The notes beneath the pieces were generated by a model. It did no database searches. It saw only the letters and a program-made list of their open reading frames with translations, and had not been told where the DNA came from. From an uncultured Gemmatimonadales bacterium (GTDB taxonomy: Bacteria > Gemmatimonadota > Gemmatimonadetes > Gemmatimonadales > GWC2-71-9), in assembly GCA_963828735.1 (NCBI GenBank), contig CAWHFW010000005.1:384001-448000 (forward strand): a DNA stretch of 64,000 bases, given 5' to 3'. Made by a program: the position numbers and the translations under genes. Within the stretch, counting starts at the first letter, position 1, and each line of letters begins with the position of its first letter. Positions 1-11,300 of this stretch are shown one piece after another.

Positions 1-1344
1 GACGCCCTCCGAGCGACGCTCGTCGCCGGCCAGGTGTTCGCGGGCGAGACGACGAACTACCGCAACGACGGAACAGAGTTCCTGATGCAGTGGCGCGTGG
101 CACCACTCCGGGACCGGGCCGGCACGGTGACGCACTACGTGGCCATTCAGCGGGACGTGACCGAGCAGCGGAGCATCGAGACGCAGCTTCAGCAGGCCCA
201 GAAGATGGAAGCGATCGGGCAGCTCGCGGGCGGGATCGCGCACGACTTCAATAACTTGCTGACCGCGATTCAGGGAAACTGCGCGCTGCTGCTGCCGTAT
301 TTCGGGGCGGACGACCCAGGGCGGGAGTTCCTCGAGGAGATCGAGGACGCGGGGACGCGCGCCGCGCGGCTCACCCATCAGCTGCTCGCCTTCAGCCGCC
401 GGCAGGTCCGTCAGCCGGTCTCGGTAGACCTCAACGGGCAGATCGAGGACACTCTGCGCCTCGTGAGCCGGCTGCTCGGCGAACAGATCCGCATCGGCTT
501 CAAGCCCGCGGCGGACCTCGGCGCCATCTGGGCCGACCCTGGGCAGATCGAGCAGGTCCTCGTGAACCTCGTCGTCAATGCGCGGGACGCGATGCCCCGC
601 GGCGGCACCCTGGCGATCGAGACCGAGAACGTCGAGCTGACCGAGGCCTACGCCGGATTTCACCTCAGCGTCGTGCCGGGGTCATACGTGGTGCTGTCGG
701 TCCGCGACAGCGGTACGGGCATGGACGCGGTGACGCGCGCGCACATCTTCGAGCCGTTTTTCACGACCAAGGGCGCGGCCAAGGGTACCGGCCTCGGCCT
801 ATCCACCGTGTACGGCATCATGAAACAGGGCAGAGGCAACATCTGGGTGTACAGCGAGCCGGGACACGGCACCACGTTCAAGCTCTACTTCCCTCGAATT
901 CCCAACCGGGCCGCCGAGCGTGGGACCACCACTCTCCGCGAGACGGACGTCGTACCCGGAACCGGCGTGGTTCTGATCGTCGAAGACGATCCCGCGGTGC
1001 GCTCCCTGGCGGCCAACATCCTGCGCTTGGCCGGCTATCGCACCATTTCCGCGACGACACCCGAAACGGCACTCGAGTTCGGACGCGACGAGACCCAGAC
1101 CATCGACCTCATGCTGACCGACGTGGTGATGCCGCACATGAGCGGGCGAGACCTCGCGCTCGCGCTCCGGGTGCTGCGGCCGTCGCTGCGCGTCGTGTTT
1201 ATGTCTGGCTACACCAATGGGGCGCTGGAGGAGCGCGATCTCCTCGAGCAGGGCGCGGTGCTCGTTAGCAAGCCGTTCAGTCCCTGGAGCCTGAGCAATG
1301 CGTTGGCGGGGCTCAGGCCACCGGAAAACCCGGAGCCGAGCTGA
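1..1344 (+). CDS. PAS/PAC hybrid sensor histidine kinase-response regulator (5' partial)
   Basis: Frame open from base 1. PAC tail (NYRNDGTEF..W..RDVTE), H-box AHDFNNLL, NLVVNARDAM, DSGTGM, FFTTK, GTGLGL, and C-terminal REC (VEDD, TDVVMP, KPF). Confidence 0.93.
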   Translation, partial: DALRATLVAGQVFAGETTNYRNDGTEFLMQWRVAPLRDRAGTVTHYVAIQRDVTEQRSIETQLQQAQKMEAIGQLAGGIAHDFNNLLTAIQGNCALLLPYFGADDPGREFLEEIEDAGTRAARLTHQLLAFSRRQVRQPVSVDLNGQIEDTLRLVSRLLGEQIRIGFKPAADLGAIWADPGQIEQVLVNLVVNARDAMPRGGTLAIETENVELTEAYAGFHLSVVPGSYVVLSVRDSGTGMDAVTRAHIFEPFFTTKGAAKGTGLGLSTVYGIMKQGRGNIWVYSEPGHGTTFKLYFPRIPNRAAERGTTTLRETDVVPGTGVVLIVEDDPAVRSLAANILRLAGYRTISATTPETALEFGRDETQTIDLMLTDVVMPHMSGRDLALALRVLRPSLRVVFMSGYTNGALEERDLLEQGAVLVSKPFSPWSLSNALAGLRPPENPEPS

Positions 1345-1478
1345 TGGTGCGCAGGGGTATACTGCGGCGTAGACCACTCCCCGAAACCGTCCCCAAACCG
1401 TCGCCGAGAGGGTCTCGTCCTCGCACACGAACAACGTCTCGCCTGGCGGCGAGACGTTGTTCAGCGCGGGCGCACAGG

Positions 1479-2579
1479 CTAGGGGATATACTGCAGGTTG
1501 TTGCCGGGCGCGTTCCCGCCCACCACCTCGATCCGCGGCTGGCCATTGAGGAACACTTTGCTACCCGCAATACCGGTGCGTGGACTCGGCCTTGGGGCCC
1601 GCCGCGTCCACGCGTCCGTGATCGGATTGTAGACGCTATTCCAATCGACGGCCTCCCATGCGTGACGCGCAGCGATGTAACGCGAGCCGCCAATCACGTA
1701 CAGCTTAGACTCGAGCACAGCCGTCGCCGCGCCGGCGCGGTTCAGGTCAAGGGAGGTCTTCGGAGTCCAGCGGTTCGTGCTGGGATCATAGACGGCGAAC
1801 CAGGCCTTGGTCGTGTTCACCGATCCGCCCATGACGTAGAACTTCCCACCGATGACTCCCCCGGCGTACGGCGACCGGGTCTCTGCGCCAAACGGTGACG
1901 CGAGAATGGTCCACTGGTCGGTCACCGGATTGTACCGGAAGAACCCTGGGCCGCTGTAACGGCAGCCTTCCTCATCGATCCCCGACGGCTCAAATTCGGA
2001 GAAACACGCGGTGAAGACGTAGAGCTTGCTACCGACGACTCCGGTCACGCCGCGGGCGCCGAACAAGCCGGTGAGGTCCCCGTACTGGTCATGAATGACT
2101 GGCAGGTCACGCTTCCGGGTCCAAGTATTCGCAGCGGGATCGTACATGTAGAGGCCGACTTGGAGGTCATCCAAGTGGAAGTTGGAGAACCCCCCGGAGA
2201 CGTAGATCTTCCCATTAATGACGCCCGCGCCGTTGGAGAACGCCAACGGAACCGGCAGCCCACGCCGGAAGGTCCAGGTGTTGGTGGCGACGTTGTAGGC
2301 GGCGTGTGCCGCAATCGGCACGCCGTTGGGGTTGCGCCCACCCATGGCGTACACGACCGACTGTCCCGCCGCGTTCGTCACGGTGGCGACGGCGAGGTCG
2401 GTCCGGTTGGTCAGCATGTCGGCCCGGGTGATCCAGGTGTTGGTCGCCAGGGCCAACTCGGGCGCGGTAGCCGTGGGCTGCGCCGGCAGGTCGGGTTGGG
2501 TCGGGTTGTCGTCGCCGCAGGCAGCGAGCCCAAGCGCGCTGAGCGTCAGCAGGCTGGGCAACAGTAGACGGTGGCTCAT
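1479..2579 (-). CDS. Kelch-repeat beta-propeller lipoprotein
   Basis: ATG at 2579 preceded by GGAGG; lipobox LGLAAC; repeated Kelch motifs (G..YV.GG ... Y.P.TN.W). Confidence 0.88.
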   Translation of the reverse strand: MSHRLLLPSLLTLSALGLAACGDDNPTQPDLPAQPTATAPELALATNTWITRADMLTNRTDLAVATVTNAAGQSVVYAMGGRNPNGVPIAAHAAYNVATNTWTFRRGLPVPLAFSNGAGVINGKIYVSGGFSNFHLDDLQVGLYMYDPAANTWTRKRDLPVIHDQYGDLTGLFGARGVTGVVGSKLYVFTACFSEFEPSGIDEEGCRYSGPGFFRYNPVTDQWTILASPFGAETRSPYAGGVIGGKFYVMGGSVNTTKAWFAVYDPSTNRWTPKTSLDLNRAGAATAVLESKLYVIGGSRYIAARHAWEAVDWNSVYNPITDAWTRRAPRPSPRTGIAGSKVFLNGQPRIEVVGGNAPGNNLQYIP

Positions 2580-2861
2580 ATGTTCCTCCAGGGACGTTCG
2601 GTCGCACCGCGACCAGACGTGTCCGCCTGTCAATTCAAGCACGCAGAAGCTTGCGCCCTGGCGCACGAAGCGAGTGTGAGTCAGCTGTGAAGGCATCCTC
2701 ACGGAGTGACCCCGGCGATCACTAGCATCTGTGCTATTTGCGAAGTCCGCAGGCTGACCAAAGGGCCCGCGCGGCACCGTTAGGCGCTCAGCGCATTGTG
2801 GGTGGCACCGTCGCCGGCGCGACCGGCGATCGGCGCCTCGTACTGAGTACGGGGGCGAGAC

Positions 2862-2893
2862 AAAGAAAAAGCGCCGTCGTAAACCGACGGCGC
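2862..2893 (-). terminator. Rho-independent terminator downstream of the tRNA pair
   Basis: Stem GCGCCGTCG/CGACGGCGC at 2871-2893, followed on the minus strand by TTTTTCTTT. Confidence 0.8.
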
Positions 2894-2918
2894 GAGCGAG
2901 CGTCCAAAGGCGTCCCAG

Positions 2919-2990
2919 AGCCACAGGTCGGATTTGAACCGACGACCGCTCGATTACGAATCGAGTGCTCTACCCCTGAGCTACTGTGGC
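2919..2990 (-). tRNA. tRNA-Thr(CGT)
   Basis: Minus strand reads GCCACAG..TAGCTCAGGGGTAGAGC..CTCGA-TT-CGT-AA-TCGAG..GGTTCAAATCC..CTGTGGCT. Cloverleaf complete; CCA not encoded. Confidence 0.96.
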
Positions 2991-3002
2991 CGATCAACAG
3001 CG

Positions 3003-3028
3003 CGGGGGCGCACGCCGGTGCGCCCCCG
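3003..3028. other. Perfect 11-bp hairpin in the spacer between the two tRNAs
   Basis: CGGGGGCGCAC-GCCG-GTGCGCCCCCG. Confidence 0.7.
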
Positions 3029-3034
3029 AATCAA

Positions 3035-3116
3035 TGCCCTGGCGCGGATTCGAACCGCGACGCCTTTCGGCACTACCCCCTCAAGATAGCGTGTCTACCA
3101 GTTTCACCACCAGGGC
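3035..3116 (-). tRNA. tRNA-Leu(GAG)
   Basis: Minus strand reads GCCCTGGTGGTGAAACTGGTAGACACG-CTATC-TT-GAG-GG-GGTAG, then a long variable arm, then GGTTCGAATCC..CCAGGGCA. Confidence 0.96.
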
Positions 3117-3204
3117 GTGCGGCGGAGCAAGATAGCCCTCGCGCCAGAGGGGGTCAACCCTCGGCGCGACGGCGGAAGTCCTTGCTCTGCGTTGACTAAC
3201 GCAC

Positions 3205-5112
3205 TCAGCGGAAGAACCGGATATGTGTGGTGTAGGGGCTCCCGTGGATCGCCACGCCATTGAGGGTGATGGCCACTTTCACCGTGCCCACCGTGATCGG
3301 GGTCCACACGACCCGGTAGGTACCGTCGCCCCGATCCTCCGCGGCGATGGGGCTCCCCCCACCCGGCGTCACCACTACCACATCGCCGCCCCGTCCCACC
3401 GGATTCCCTTGCGCATCCGCCACCTGCACGAGGATCTCGAGCGGGTTCGCGTACACGCCGTCGGGAACCGTGGCGGTCGTCTTGCTCGGATCCGACGCGC
3501 CGGCCGCGACGGTGCTCGTGAACGGCGAGCCCGGGATCGGCTGGCCGGCCACGCGCAGGTCGAGCTGGTCGGCGCCGGTGTGCGCGGGAGTGTACTTCGC
3601 CAGGTAGCCGCCTCCGCCGACATCCTCGATGCGGACGTTCGCGCCCGCGTTGGCGCCGGCCACCACCATGGCGATCTGGCCGGCGGCGCCGGGCACCGGG
3701 TTGCCGAACTCGTCCTGGAGTCGCACGCTGACAGCGGTCTCCGTCCCCGCGACACCGGCTGGCGCTTCGGCCGTGGACCGGGCTGCCGCGGGTGCGCCAG
3801 CGTTGACCGTGACGGTGCGGGTACCGAGCGTAACGCCGCCCGTGACCGCCGTGATGTCGTGATCGCCGGACGCCGTGGCGCTGAATTGCCCGGTCGTCGT
3901 GCCCGTGCCGTCGGTCGGAGCCGGCTGCGTGAGCGACACGCCCGGACCGGTGGCGGACAGGGTGACGACCTGCCCAGAAATCGGGTTGCCGGTCGCGTCG
4001 CGCACCTTGATCGTGACGATGCTGATGCTCGATCCCGTGGAGGCCGGGATCGTCTTCGGCGCCGCCTCCACCGAGCTCTTCGACGCGCTGGCGGCGCCAG
4101 GTAGCGCGGTAGCGGTGAAGGTCACCGGATTGCCGCTCACGGCGTCCGCGCCCACGGTTGCCGTGAGCGTGTTGGCCCCGGTCGCGCTGCCGAGCGTCCA
4201 ACCGCCTACGGTTGCGATGCCGTCCGCACCGGTGGTAGCGGCCGCACCGGTCAATGTGCCGCCGCCGGACGCGACCGCGAACGTCACGGGGATGCCGGGC
4301 ACCGGCGTTCCGCCGCCGTCGCGCACGACAACCGCCGGCAGGACTGGCACCGCCGTTCCGACTCGCACCGATTGCCCATCGCCGGCCGACACCGCCACCG
4401 CGCTCGGGGCGCCCACGCCGAGCGAGACGGGCGTGCTGATCGCGGAGGCATAGCCATCGGCGGCGAAGATGAGCGTCCGCGTACCCGGAGGTCCGGCGAT
4501 CGCGAGATCGGTGAACTCGACGCGCCCGTCGGCATCGCTCCCGCGGCTCGTCGTCCCTCGGAGGGCGCCGTCGCCCGAGGCGATCTGGACCGTGACCGAT
4601 ACGCCCGCGCGGGCGAGCGGCGCCCCGGTGGGATCCTGGAGCTCGAGGATGGGCTGTGGATCGAAGGGCGTGCCGGAGGACGCCAGCGGGCCGGGCTGGG
4701 TCACGAGCAGCAGCTTGGCCGCGACGGCGGTCGTGGTGAAGGTGACCGCGCTCTCGGGAAGCGGAGTGGCTACGGCGGTGGTGCCGTAGCTACCGACCTG
4801 CGCGCCCAGCATGCGCTGAGTGGCGGCGCGCCCGTCCGTGCCGGTCACCACGCTGGCCGGCGAGACGTCGCCACCGCCCTGTGGAGACCACGACACCTCG
4901 ACGCCGGAGACGGGGTTGTCGAAGCGGTCCACCACGCGGACGACGAGCGATTCGGCGGCCGGCGCCAGAATGGTCCCGGTCTGCGCGTCGCCCGCAATCT
5001 CGACCACCTTCGCGGCCTGGCCCTCGTTCGGCAGCACGAGATCCCCGCCCCCGCACCCGATTGCGGCGAGAGAGAAGAGCGCGAGTGCGATCGTCAGGCG
5101 GACACGGATCAT
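3205..5112 (-). CDS. Ig-like domain (Big_1/invasin/filamin-type) lipoprotein
   Basis: ATG at 5112 gives MIRVRLTIALALFSLAAIG-C (lipobox). Repeats of GD.Q.G..G..L..P.VV.V.D..GNPV.G..V, plus filamin-like D.G.G.Y...YTP..G modules. Confidence 0.88.
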   Translation of the reverse strand: MIRVRLTIALALFSLAAIGCGGGDLVLPNEGQAAKVVEIAGDAQTGTILAPAAESLVVRVVDRFDNPVSGVEVSWSPQGGGDVSPASVVTGTDGRAATQRMLGAQVGSYGTTAVATPLPESAVTFTTTAVAAKLLLVTQPGPLASSGTPFDPQPILELQDPTGAPLARAGVSVTVQIASGDGALRGTTSRGSDADGRVEFTDLAIAGPPGTRTLIFAADGYASAISTPVSLGVGAPSAVAVSAGDGQSVRVGTAVPVLPAVVVRDGGGTPVPGIPVTFAVASGGGTLTGAAATTGADGIATVGGWTLGSATGANTLTATVGADAVSGNPVTFTATALPGAASASKSSVEAAPKTIPASTGSSISIVTIKVRDATGNPISGQVVTLSATGPGVSLTQPAPTDGTGTTTGQFSATASGDHDITAVTGGVTLGTRTVTVNAGAPAAARSTAEAPAGVAGTETAVSVRLQDEFGNPVPGAAGQIAMVVAGANAGANVRIEDVGGGGYLAKYTPAHTGADQLDLRVAGQPIPGSPFTSTVAAGASDPSKTTATVPDGVYANPLEILVQVADAQGNPVGRGGDVVVVTPGGGSPIAAEDRGDGTYRVVWTPITVGTVKVAITLNGVAIHGSPYTTHIRFFR

Positions 5113-5383
5113 GGACACCCTGAGGGGTTTCCGCACGCTTCCTGGCCCGGAAGGGGCATAGTCCTGCATCAGAAGGCGTTCGTATTTAAATACTTGTCTC
5201 GATGCGTCCACTTCGGCCGACCACGAGGCGGCCCCTCTGGGCAAGGCGCGAACGATTCGGTGTTGTAAGGATCTCCTATAGGCTACTCTGGCGTACACGC
5301 TTCGACTAGGACCTGGGTCACATCTGGCCGTTCACCGGCTGTGGTGCCCGCGCAGCATCACCTTGATCGCGGCCGGGGGCGGG

Positions 5384-8182
5384 CTAGTTCACGGTATGAG
5401 TCTTGGGATCGGCGCGGCTGGCGCCGAAGGCTGCGTCGCCTTCGTATTCCGCAGCGATGGTGAATTCGCCGGCGACCGGAAAGACGATCGTGCAGGCGCC
5501 GGCGCTCACCGCGGCCGTGCACGACGGGCCCCCGTCACTCGACACCGTGACGTTTCCCGTCGGCGAGCCTCCGTGCGCATCCACACGGAATCCCACGGTC
5601 ACCGGCTCGCCCGCGAGCGAGGGATCCGGTGCATCGGAAACGATCTCCGTCCTGGTTTCGCGCAACGCGAGCGTGATCGGCGCGGACTCGACCGCCGTGA
5701 AGCCTGCGGCGGTGAATCGAATGGTGTAGCTGCCCGGCGGCCCGTCGATGCGGAGATCGTTCCACGACGCGTGGCCCTTCTTGTCGGTCTGTTGCGTGAG
5801 CGTACCAGAGAGCGTTCCACCGCCTGAGGCCAGCTCGGCCACGATCGAAACCCCCGGGGATTCCAGCTCCGAGCCGGTCGCGGTGCGGAGCCCGAGCTCC
5901 GGTTGCCGATCGAAGGGACTCCCCGACTGGGCCGTGGCCGACGGCTGCGTGCGAATCGACAGCGCCGACGGTGCCGGCGCCGTCACGACCGTCACGGTCG
6001 GCTGCTCGGCGATGGTGACTCCCCCCGCGACGGCCGTGAGCGCCTTGGTTCCCACCTCGGCAGAGCGGAAGCTGAATTTGGCCTCCCCCTTCCTGTTGGT
6101 GGTGGCCGATGGTGGGGAGATCGTGTTGCCGCCGCCCGTGGCGGACAGGACCACGGGGACGCCCTCGATCTCGCGGCCGTTGGCGTCGCGCACGACGACC
6201 TTCACGTCGGTATTCCGGTTGATCTCGATGCTGGCGTCCTTCACGTCGACGCTCGACGCGGTGGCGCTGGGAGCCGGCGGCGGCGGTGCCGGCACGCGTA
6301 CCGTGTGCCGATCGCTGTCGCTGCTTCCCGCGAATCCTCCCTCACCCGCATACGTGGCGGTGAGGGTCCGCTCCCCTGCCGCGGTGAGCGTCAGAGCACA
6401 CGACCCGTCGCCGATGCCGGCGGCACAGGTCTCGGCCCCGCCGCTCGCCGTGACCGTCACGGTGCCGGTGGGCGTTCCCGATGCCGCGGTGACGGTGAAC
6501 CGGACGGTCACGGTCTGCCCGACGTCGGACGGATCGGGATCGTCGGCCGTGATCCGCGTCGTCGTCCCCGTCGGCGCGAGCGCCTCGACGAGGTGCGACT
6601 CGGCGTCCGAGCTTCCCTCGAATTCGGCACCGCCTGCATAGGTCGCCGTGAGGGTACGCGCCCCGGTGCTCACGGGCACGAGCGAGCATTCCGCGGCCGC
6701 CACGGTCGCGCTGCAGGTCGCGCCATCGTCCGAGTCCACCCGGACCGTCCCATCTGGCACGCCGCCTGGTGACTGTACCCGGAACCGAACGCGCACCGGC
6801 ACACCGGGGGCGGACGGATCCGGCTCGTCGGAAACGATGGCGGTCGTCGTTCCCGCACGCGCGAGACCGATGCTGTGCGAGGTGACCCCCGTGTAGTTCG
6901 TCGCGGAGAAGGCGAGGGCGTAGGATCCCGGCGGCCCCTGGAGCGCGAGGTCGTGAAACTCGGCACGGCCCTCGGCGTTCGTGGCGCGGGTAAGTGTGCC
7001 ACGGATCGTGGCGCCGCCGGGAACGAGGGACACGGTGACGTTGACGCCGGCCTTCCGACGGACCGACCCGTCCGGCTCGCGAAGCTGCACGACCGGCTGG
7101 ACGGCGAGTACGACACCGCGCACGGCGGATTCCGACGGCTGCACCTCCAACGTCAGCCCCGGCGGCGCCCCCGGATCTCCGGTCGCGGTAAAGCCGACCG
7201 TGCCGACGCCCGAGATCACGGCCGTCGCGGTGTTCCTGCCCGCAGACGGCCCGAGCGTCCAACGGGTGGAGGCACGGCCGTCGGCGTCGGTGGCGCTCGT
7301 GGCCGGCGCCAGGCCACCCCCGCCCTCGCCGACGACCCACGTCACCGGAAGGTCCGCCACCGGATTGCCGTCCGCATCGTGCGCCCGCACCACGAGCGGG
7401 TCGGGCAGCGCGGTGCCCGCGAGCGCGGACTGCCCGTCGCCCGAAACGAGCTCGAGGACCGCGGCCGCGCCGGCCATGGCGGTGTGGGTGAAGGTGACAG
7501 GCGAACCCGAAAGGCCACCCGCGCTTGCCAACGTATGCTGGGTACCGGCACCCGGCCCGAGCGTCCGCTCTACCGAGGCGCTCCCGTCGGGCCCGGTCAC
7601 GGTCGTCTCGTCGCTCAGTGTGCCGCCGGCATCCGCAGTCCACGTGATCGTGACGCCGGCAATCGGATTGCCGAATCCGTCGGTCACCCGCACCACCAGC
7701 GGCTCGGGCAGGGGCGCGCCCACCGACGCGCGCTGCTGATCGCCGGAGACCTCCGTCAGCACGTTCGCGTCGGCCGAGAGGGCCGTGAGCGAGACCGGGG
7801 CCGAGAGGACGCCCGAGCCGCCACCGGGACTTACCCGAACCTCCGCGCCGACCGCGCCGACGCGGGTGCCCATCATCACCTGGAACGCAGCCTCGCCGTC
7901 CGACCCGGTGACCATCGTGTCGGGCGCCACGGTGGCGTCGGACCCGTCGTCGAACGCGAAGGCGACGGGCACGCCGACGACCGGCCGCCCCTGCCCATCC
8001 GATACGAGGGCGACGACCGGCTCCGCGAGGGCGGTGCCGACGCTGGCGGCCTGGCCATCCCCCTCGACGATTTCGATGCGCGCCGGCTCGCCGGCCGCGG
8101 GCAGCAAGAGATCGCCGCCGCCGCACGCCACGAGGACGGCCATGACGGGGACGAGGCGGCAGACGGCGCTGGATGAGAACAC
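5384..8182 (-). CDS. Ig-like repeat (Big_1/Big_3) lipoprotein
   Basis: Lipobox VLVAC; several SGDGQ..PLVV..D..GNP repeats and T.T.I.SD.PDPS..G..V...A.Y.G Big_3-type repeats. Confidence 0.88.
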   Translation of the reverse strand: MFSSSAVCRLVPVMAVLVACGGGDLLLPAAGEPARIEIVEGDGQAASVGTALAEPVVALVSDGQGRPVVGVPVAFAFDDGSDATVAPDTMVTGSDGEAAFQVMMGTRVGAVGAEVRVSPGGGSGVLSAPVSLTALSADANVLTEVSGDQQRASVGAPLPEPLVVRVTDGFGNPIAGVTITWTADAGGTLSDETTVTGPDGSASVERTLGPGAGTQHTLASAGGLSGSPVTFTHTAMAGAAAVLELVSGDGQSALAGTALPDPLVVRAHDADGNPVADLPVTWVVGEGGGGLAPATSATDADGRASTRWTLGPSAGRNTATAVISGVGTVGFTATGDPGAPPGLTLEVQPSESAVRGVVLAVQPVVQLREPDGSVRRKAGVNVTVSLVPGGATIRGTLTRATNAEGRAEFHDLALQGPPGSYALAFSATNYTGVTSHSIGLARAGTTTAIVSDEPDPSAPGVPVRVRFRVQSPGGVPDGTVRVDSDDGATCSATVAAAECSLVPVSTGARTLTATYAGGAEFEGSSDAESHLVEALAPTGTTTRITADDPDPSDVGQTVTVRFTVTAASGTPTGTVTVTASGGAETCAAGIGDGSCALTLTAAGERTLTATYAGEGGFAGSSDSDRHTVRVPAPPPPAPSATASSVDVKDASIEINRNTDVKVVVRDANGREIEGVPVVLSATGGGNTISPPSATTNRKGEAKFSFRSAEVGTKALTAVAGGVTIAEQPTVTVVTAPAPSALSIRTQPSATAQSGSPFDRQPELGLRTATGSELESPGVSIVAELASGGGTLSGTLTQQTDKKGHASWNDLRIDGPPGSYTIRFTAAGFTAVESAPITLALRETRTEIVSDAPDPSLAGEPVTVGFRVDAHGGSPTGNVTVSSDGGPSCTAAVSAGACTIVFPVAGEFTIAAEYEGDAAFGASRADPKTHTVN

Positions 8183-8325
8183 AGAGCTCTGCGAGGTTGA
8201 GGCGGACGACGTTGTGGAAACGAAGCGAAGCTACGAGCGGGCGCGATGGGCGTCGGTGGGATGCGTCACAGGCGGGCGGACGCCGGTACGCGAGGGTGAG
8301 TCGGCGGAAGGCTGTTAGAAGGCTG

Positions 8326-11300
8326 TTAGTTGATCGTGAATGTCTGATCCGGCGTGGTATCCTCACCCCCGCTGGCCGTTCCGCCGTTGTCCTCGAGGTG
8401 CACGGTCACGGTCGTGGGCCCCAGAAAGAGCGCGTTCGGGGTGAACGTCAGCGTTCCGTTCGAGTCGATACTGGGCGGAGCGTCGAACTTGAGCGCATCG
8501 AGCGGGCCCACCGACACCACGAAGGTCAGCGCCTGACCGGCCTCGTCCGCCGGTCCGGCGCTCAGGCTGGTGGCCCACGGCTGGCTGAAGGCCACGCCCG
8601 CGGCCGTCGACGTCACGTCACCGCCGGGCGTGAAGCTCGGCGCGTCGTTTACGGCGGTGACGGTGATCGTAACCGTGGCGGCCGCGGACGACCCGCCGTC
8701 GCCGTCTTGTGCCGTGTAGGTAAAGCTGTCGGTCCCGTTGAAGTCCGCATTAGGCGTGTAGGTAAAGGTCCCGTCGAGAGCGAGCGTAACGGTACCGTGC
8801 GCTGGCTCGCTCGCCTTGTGCGCGGTCAGCGACGACTCGGGGCCGTCCGGGTCGTCGTCGTTCTTGAGCACGCTGCCACCGCCTCCTACCGAGAGCTGCG
8901 TGTCCTCCTGCGTGGAGTATGAAGGATCGTCCGTCGCGGTCGGCGGCACGTTGGGCACCGCGTTGACCGTCTGGGTGACGGGGCTGGAGGTGCTGCCCTC
9001 GAACGTTGGCGACCCCTGGTACACTGCCGTGATGGCGTGGTCACCCACGGGCAAATCGTTCTTGGCAAACGTGGCGTCGCCGGAGGCGTTGAGGTTGCCC
9101 TGGCCGAGCTGCGTGGCCCCCTCGAAGAACTTCACCTGACCGGTCGGGCTTCCGGTGCCCGACGTCGCGGCCACGTGAGCGGTGAACGTCACGTTGTCCC
9201 CGGCGTTCGACGGATTGAGCGATGACGACAACGCCGTGCTCGTCTCGCCGTGGACGACGTGGGGCTCGTTGTCGGTGGAGGCGTTGAAATTGGCATCCCC
9301 CGGATAGCTGGCGGTGAGGTTCCGGTTGCCGCTCGCCGTGAGCACCACGTCGCAGCTGCCGGTCCCGAACACGGCGGGTGCGGTGCAGGTCTCGGTGCCG
9401 CCGCTCACCGTCACGGTCACGTCGCCCGTGGCGGTGCCGGCTCCGGCGCCCGTCGGTGCGAGCGTCCACTGGACGGTCACCGATTGGCCGACGACGGACG
9501 GATCATCCGGCCCGTCCGACGTGATGGTAAGGCTCGTGTTGGCCTTGTTCACGGTGTGGATGACCGCCGTTGACACGCTGCCCGCGAAGTTCACGTCACC
9601 GTTGTAGGTCGCTGTCACGTTCCTGGCGCCGACGGACGTGAAGAAGATCTGGCAGCTGCCCACGCCCGTGCCGGCATTGATCCCGCCCGTGCAGCTGTCG
9701 GTGCCGTCCGATACGGTCACCGTACCCGTCAAGCTCCCTGCGCCCGGGGAAACGATGTTGATGTCGTAGTTGAAGGTCTCTGGCTGGCCGAAGACCGACG
9801 GTCCGGACGGCGACTTCGACGTGATGTTGATTGTCGTGCTGGCCTGGACGACGTCGAACGGGTTGCTGGTCGCGCTCGCCACCCCCGACCCGAGGGCGGT
9901 GAGTGTATAGGCCGTGCCGGCCTTGTTCACGGCGAGGTTGTTGAAGGTGGCGGTGCCGAAGACTGGAGTGGCCGTGGCGGCGCCGGTGAGCGTCCCGGTC
10001 ACGGACGAAATCAGCGTGATTGGGTTGCCCGTCAGAACGGGGTTCCCGCCCGCATCCTGGACCTGCACTTGGATCGCCGGCGAGAACCGCTCGCCCACCA
10101 CGCGGTTGGTCGGCTGTGTGATGAACACGAGTCGGTTGGCCGCCCCGGTCAGAATATCGAACGAGGCGCTGGTCACGCCCGTCAGCGCGCTTGCCGCCGC
10201 GGTGAGCGTGTACCCGTTGCCGGCCTTGTCGATCGAGAGATTGCTGAAGGTGGCGACGCCGTTGACCGCGCCCACCGTGACGGTGCCCGAGAGCACGCCG
10301 CCCGCGGGGTTGCTGCCGATGGCGAGCGTCACCGCGTCAGTGGCCGAGGTGACCGTGTTGCCGGCCGCATCCTGGATGGCGACCTTGACCGCCGGCGTGA
10401 TGGTGCCGCCGGCCGAGGTATTCACCGGCGCCTGGCTGAACGCCAGCTTGGTGGCGACGCCAGCCGTCGCCGTCGCCGTGAAGGGCACCGACGGAAGTCC
10501 CGAGAACACGGCGTTGAGGAGGTTCGAGCCCGCGTTCGGCCCGAGCGTCCAGCTGGTCTCCGCGAGGCCGGTCGGGCTGGTGGTCACGTTCTGCGGATTG
10601 ACCGAGCCACCGCCGGTCGCGACGACCCACGTGATCGCCTTCCCGCCGACCCCGTTCCCGTTGTCGTCCACCAGGCGAACCACGAGAGGCGCCGAGAGTG
10701 CGGATCCTGCCTGGACGCTTTGGGCGTCGCCCGACACCAGCAGAAGGGCGGTGGGATTTGCGGCTTCGGCGGTCTGGGTGAAGGTGACCGTCGTAAGGCC
10801 GCCGGCGGACGCCATCGCCGTCTGCGTGCCCGATGCGTTGCCGAGCACTCGCTCGGCCGCGGCCAGTCCATCGGCGCCGCTCACGAGCGTGGCCGGGCTG
10901 ATGGAGCCGCCGCCGCCGACGGCCCAGGTCACCTGGACGCCGGCCACGGGATTGCCCAGCACATCGGTCACCCGAACGACCAGCGAATCGGGCAGCGCCG
11001 ACCCGACGGCCGCAGTTTGGTTGTCGCCGCTGACCACGACGAGCTGCGCCCCAGCTCCCGAGACCGCCGTCGCATTGAAGCTCACATTGAGGGTCGCGGG
11101 AACCCCGGTCCCGGTCACCTTCGCCGTCACCCGCTGCTGCCCCGCTGCCGGGCCCAGGGTCCAGGTCGCGGAGGCTTGGCCGTTCGGTCCCGTGGTGGCA
11201 CTGCCGGGTGTGACCTGCCCACCGCCTGCATCGATCGTGAAGCTCACGGCCTGACCTTCGACCGGACGGTCGAAGTCGTCGGCGACGCGGACCACGAGCG

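Noticed and set aside
2580..2924. N-terminal extension of the Kelch ORF (and similar extensions at 5113-5298, 22011-22391, 48917-49483, 61116-61535)
   Set aside because: These overlap terminators, promoters or other genes; internal starts with an RBS, signal peptide or stop-start overlap fit better.
8307..8328. Tandem 11-bp repeat GAAGGCTGTTA spanning a stop codon
   Set aside because: Only two copies; most simply a local slippage duplication with no element between them.
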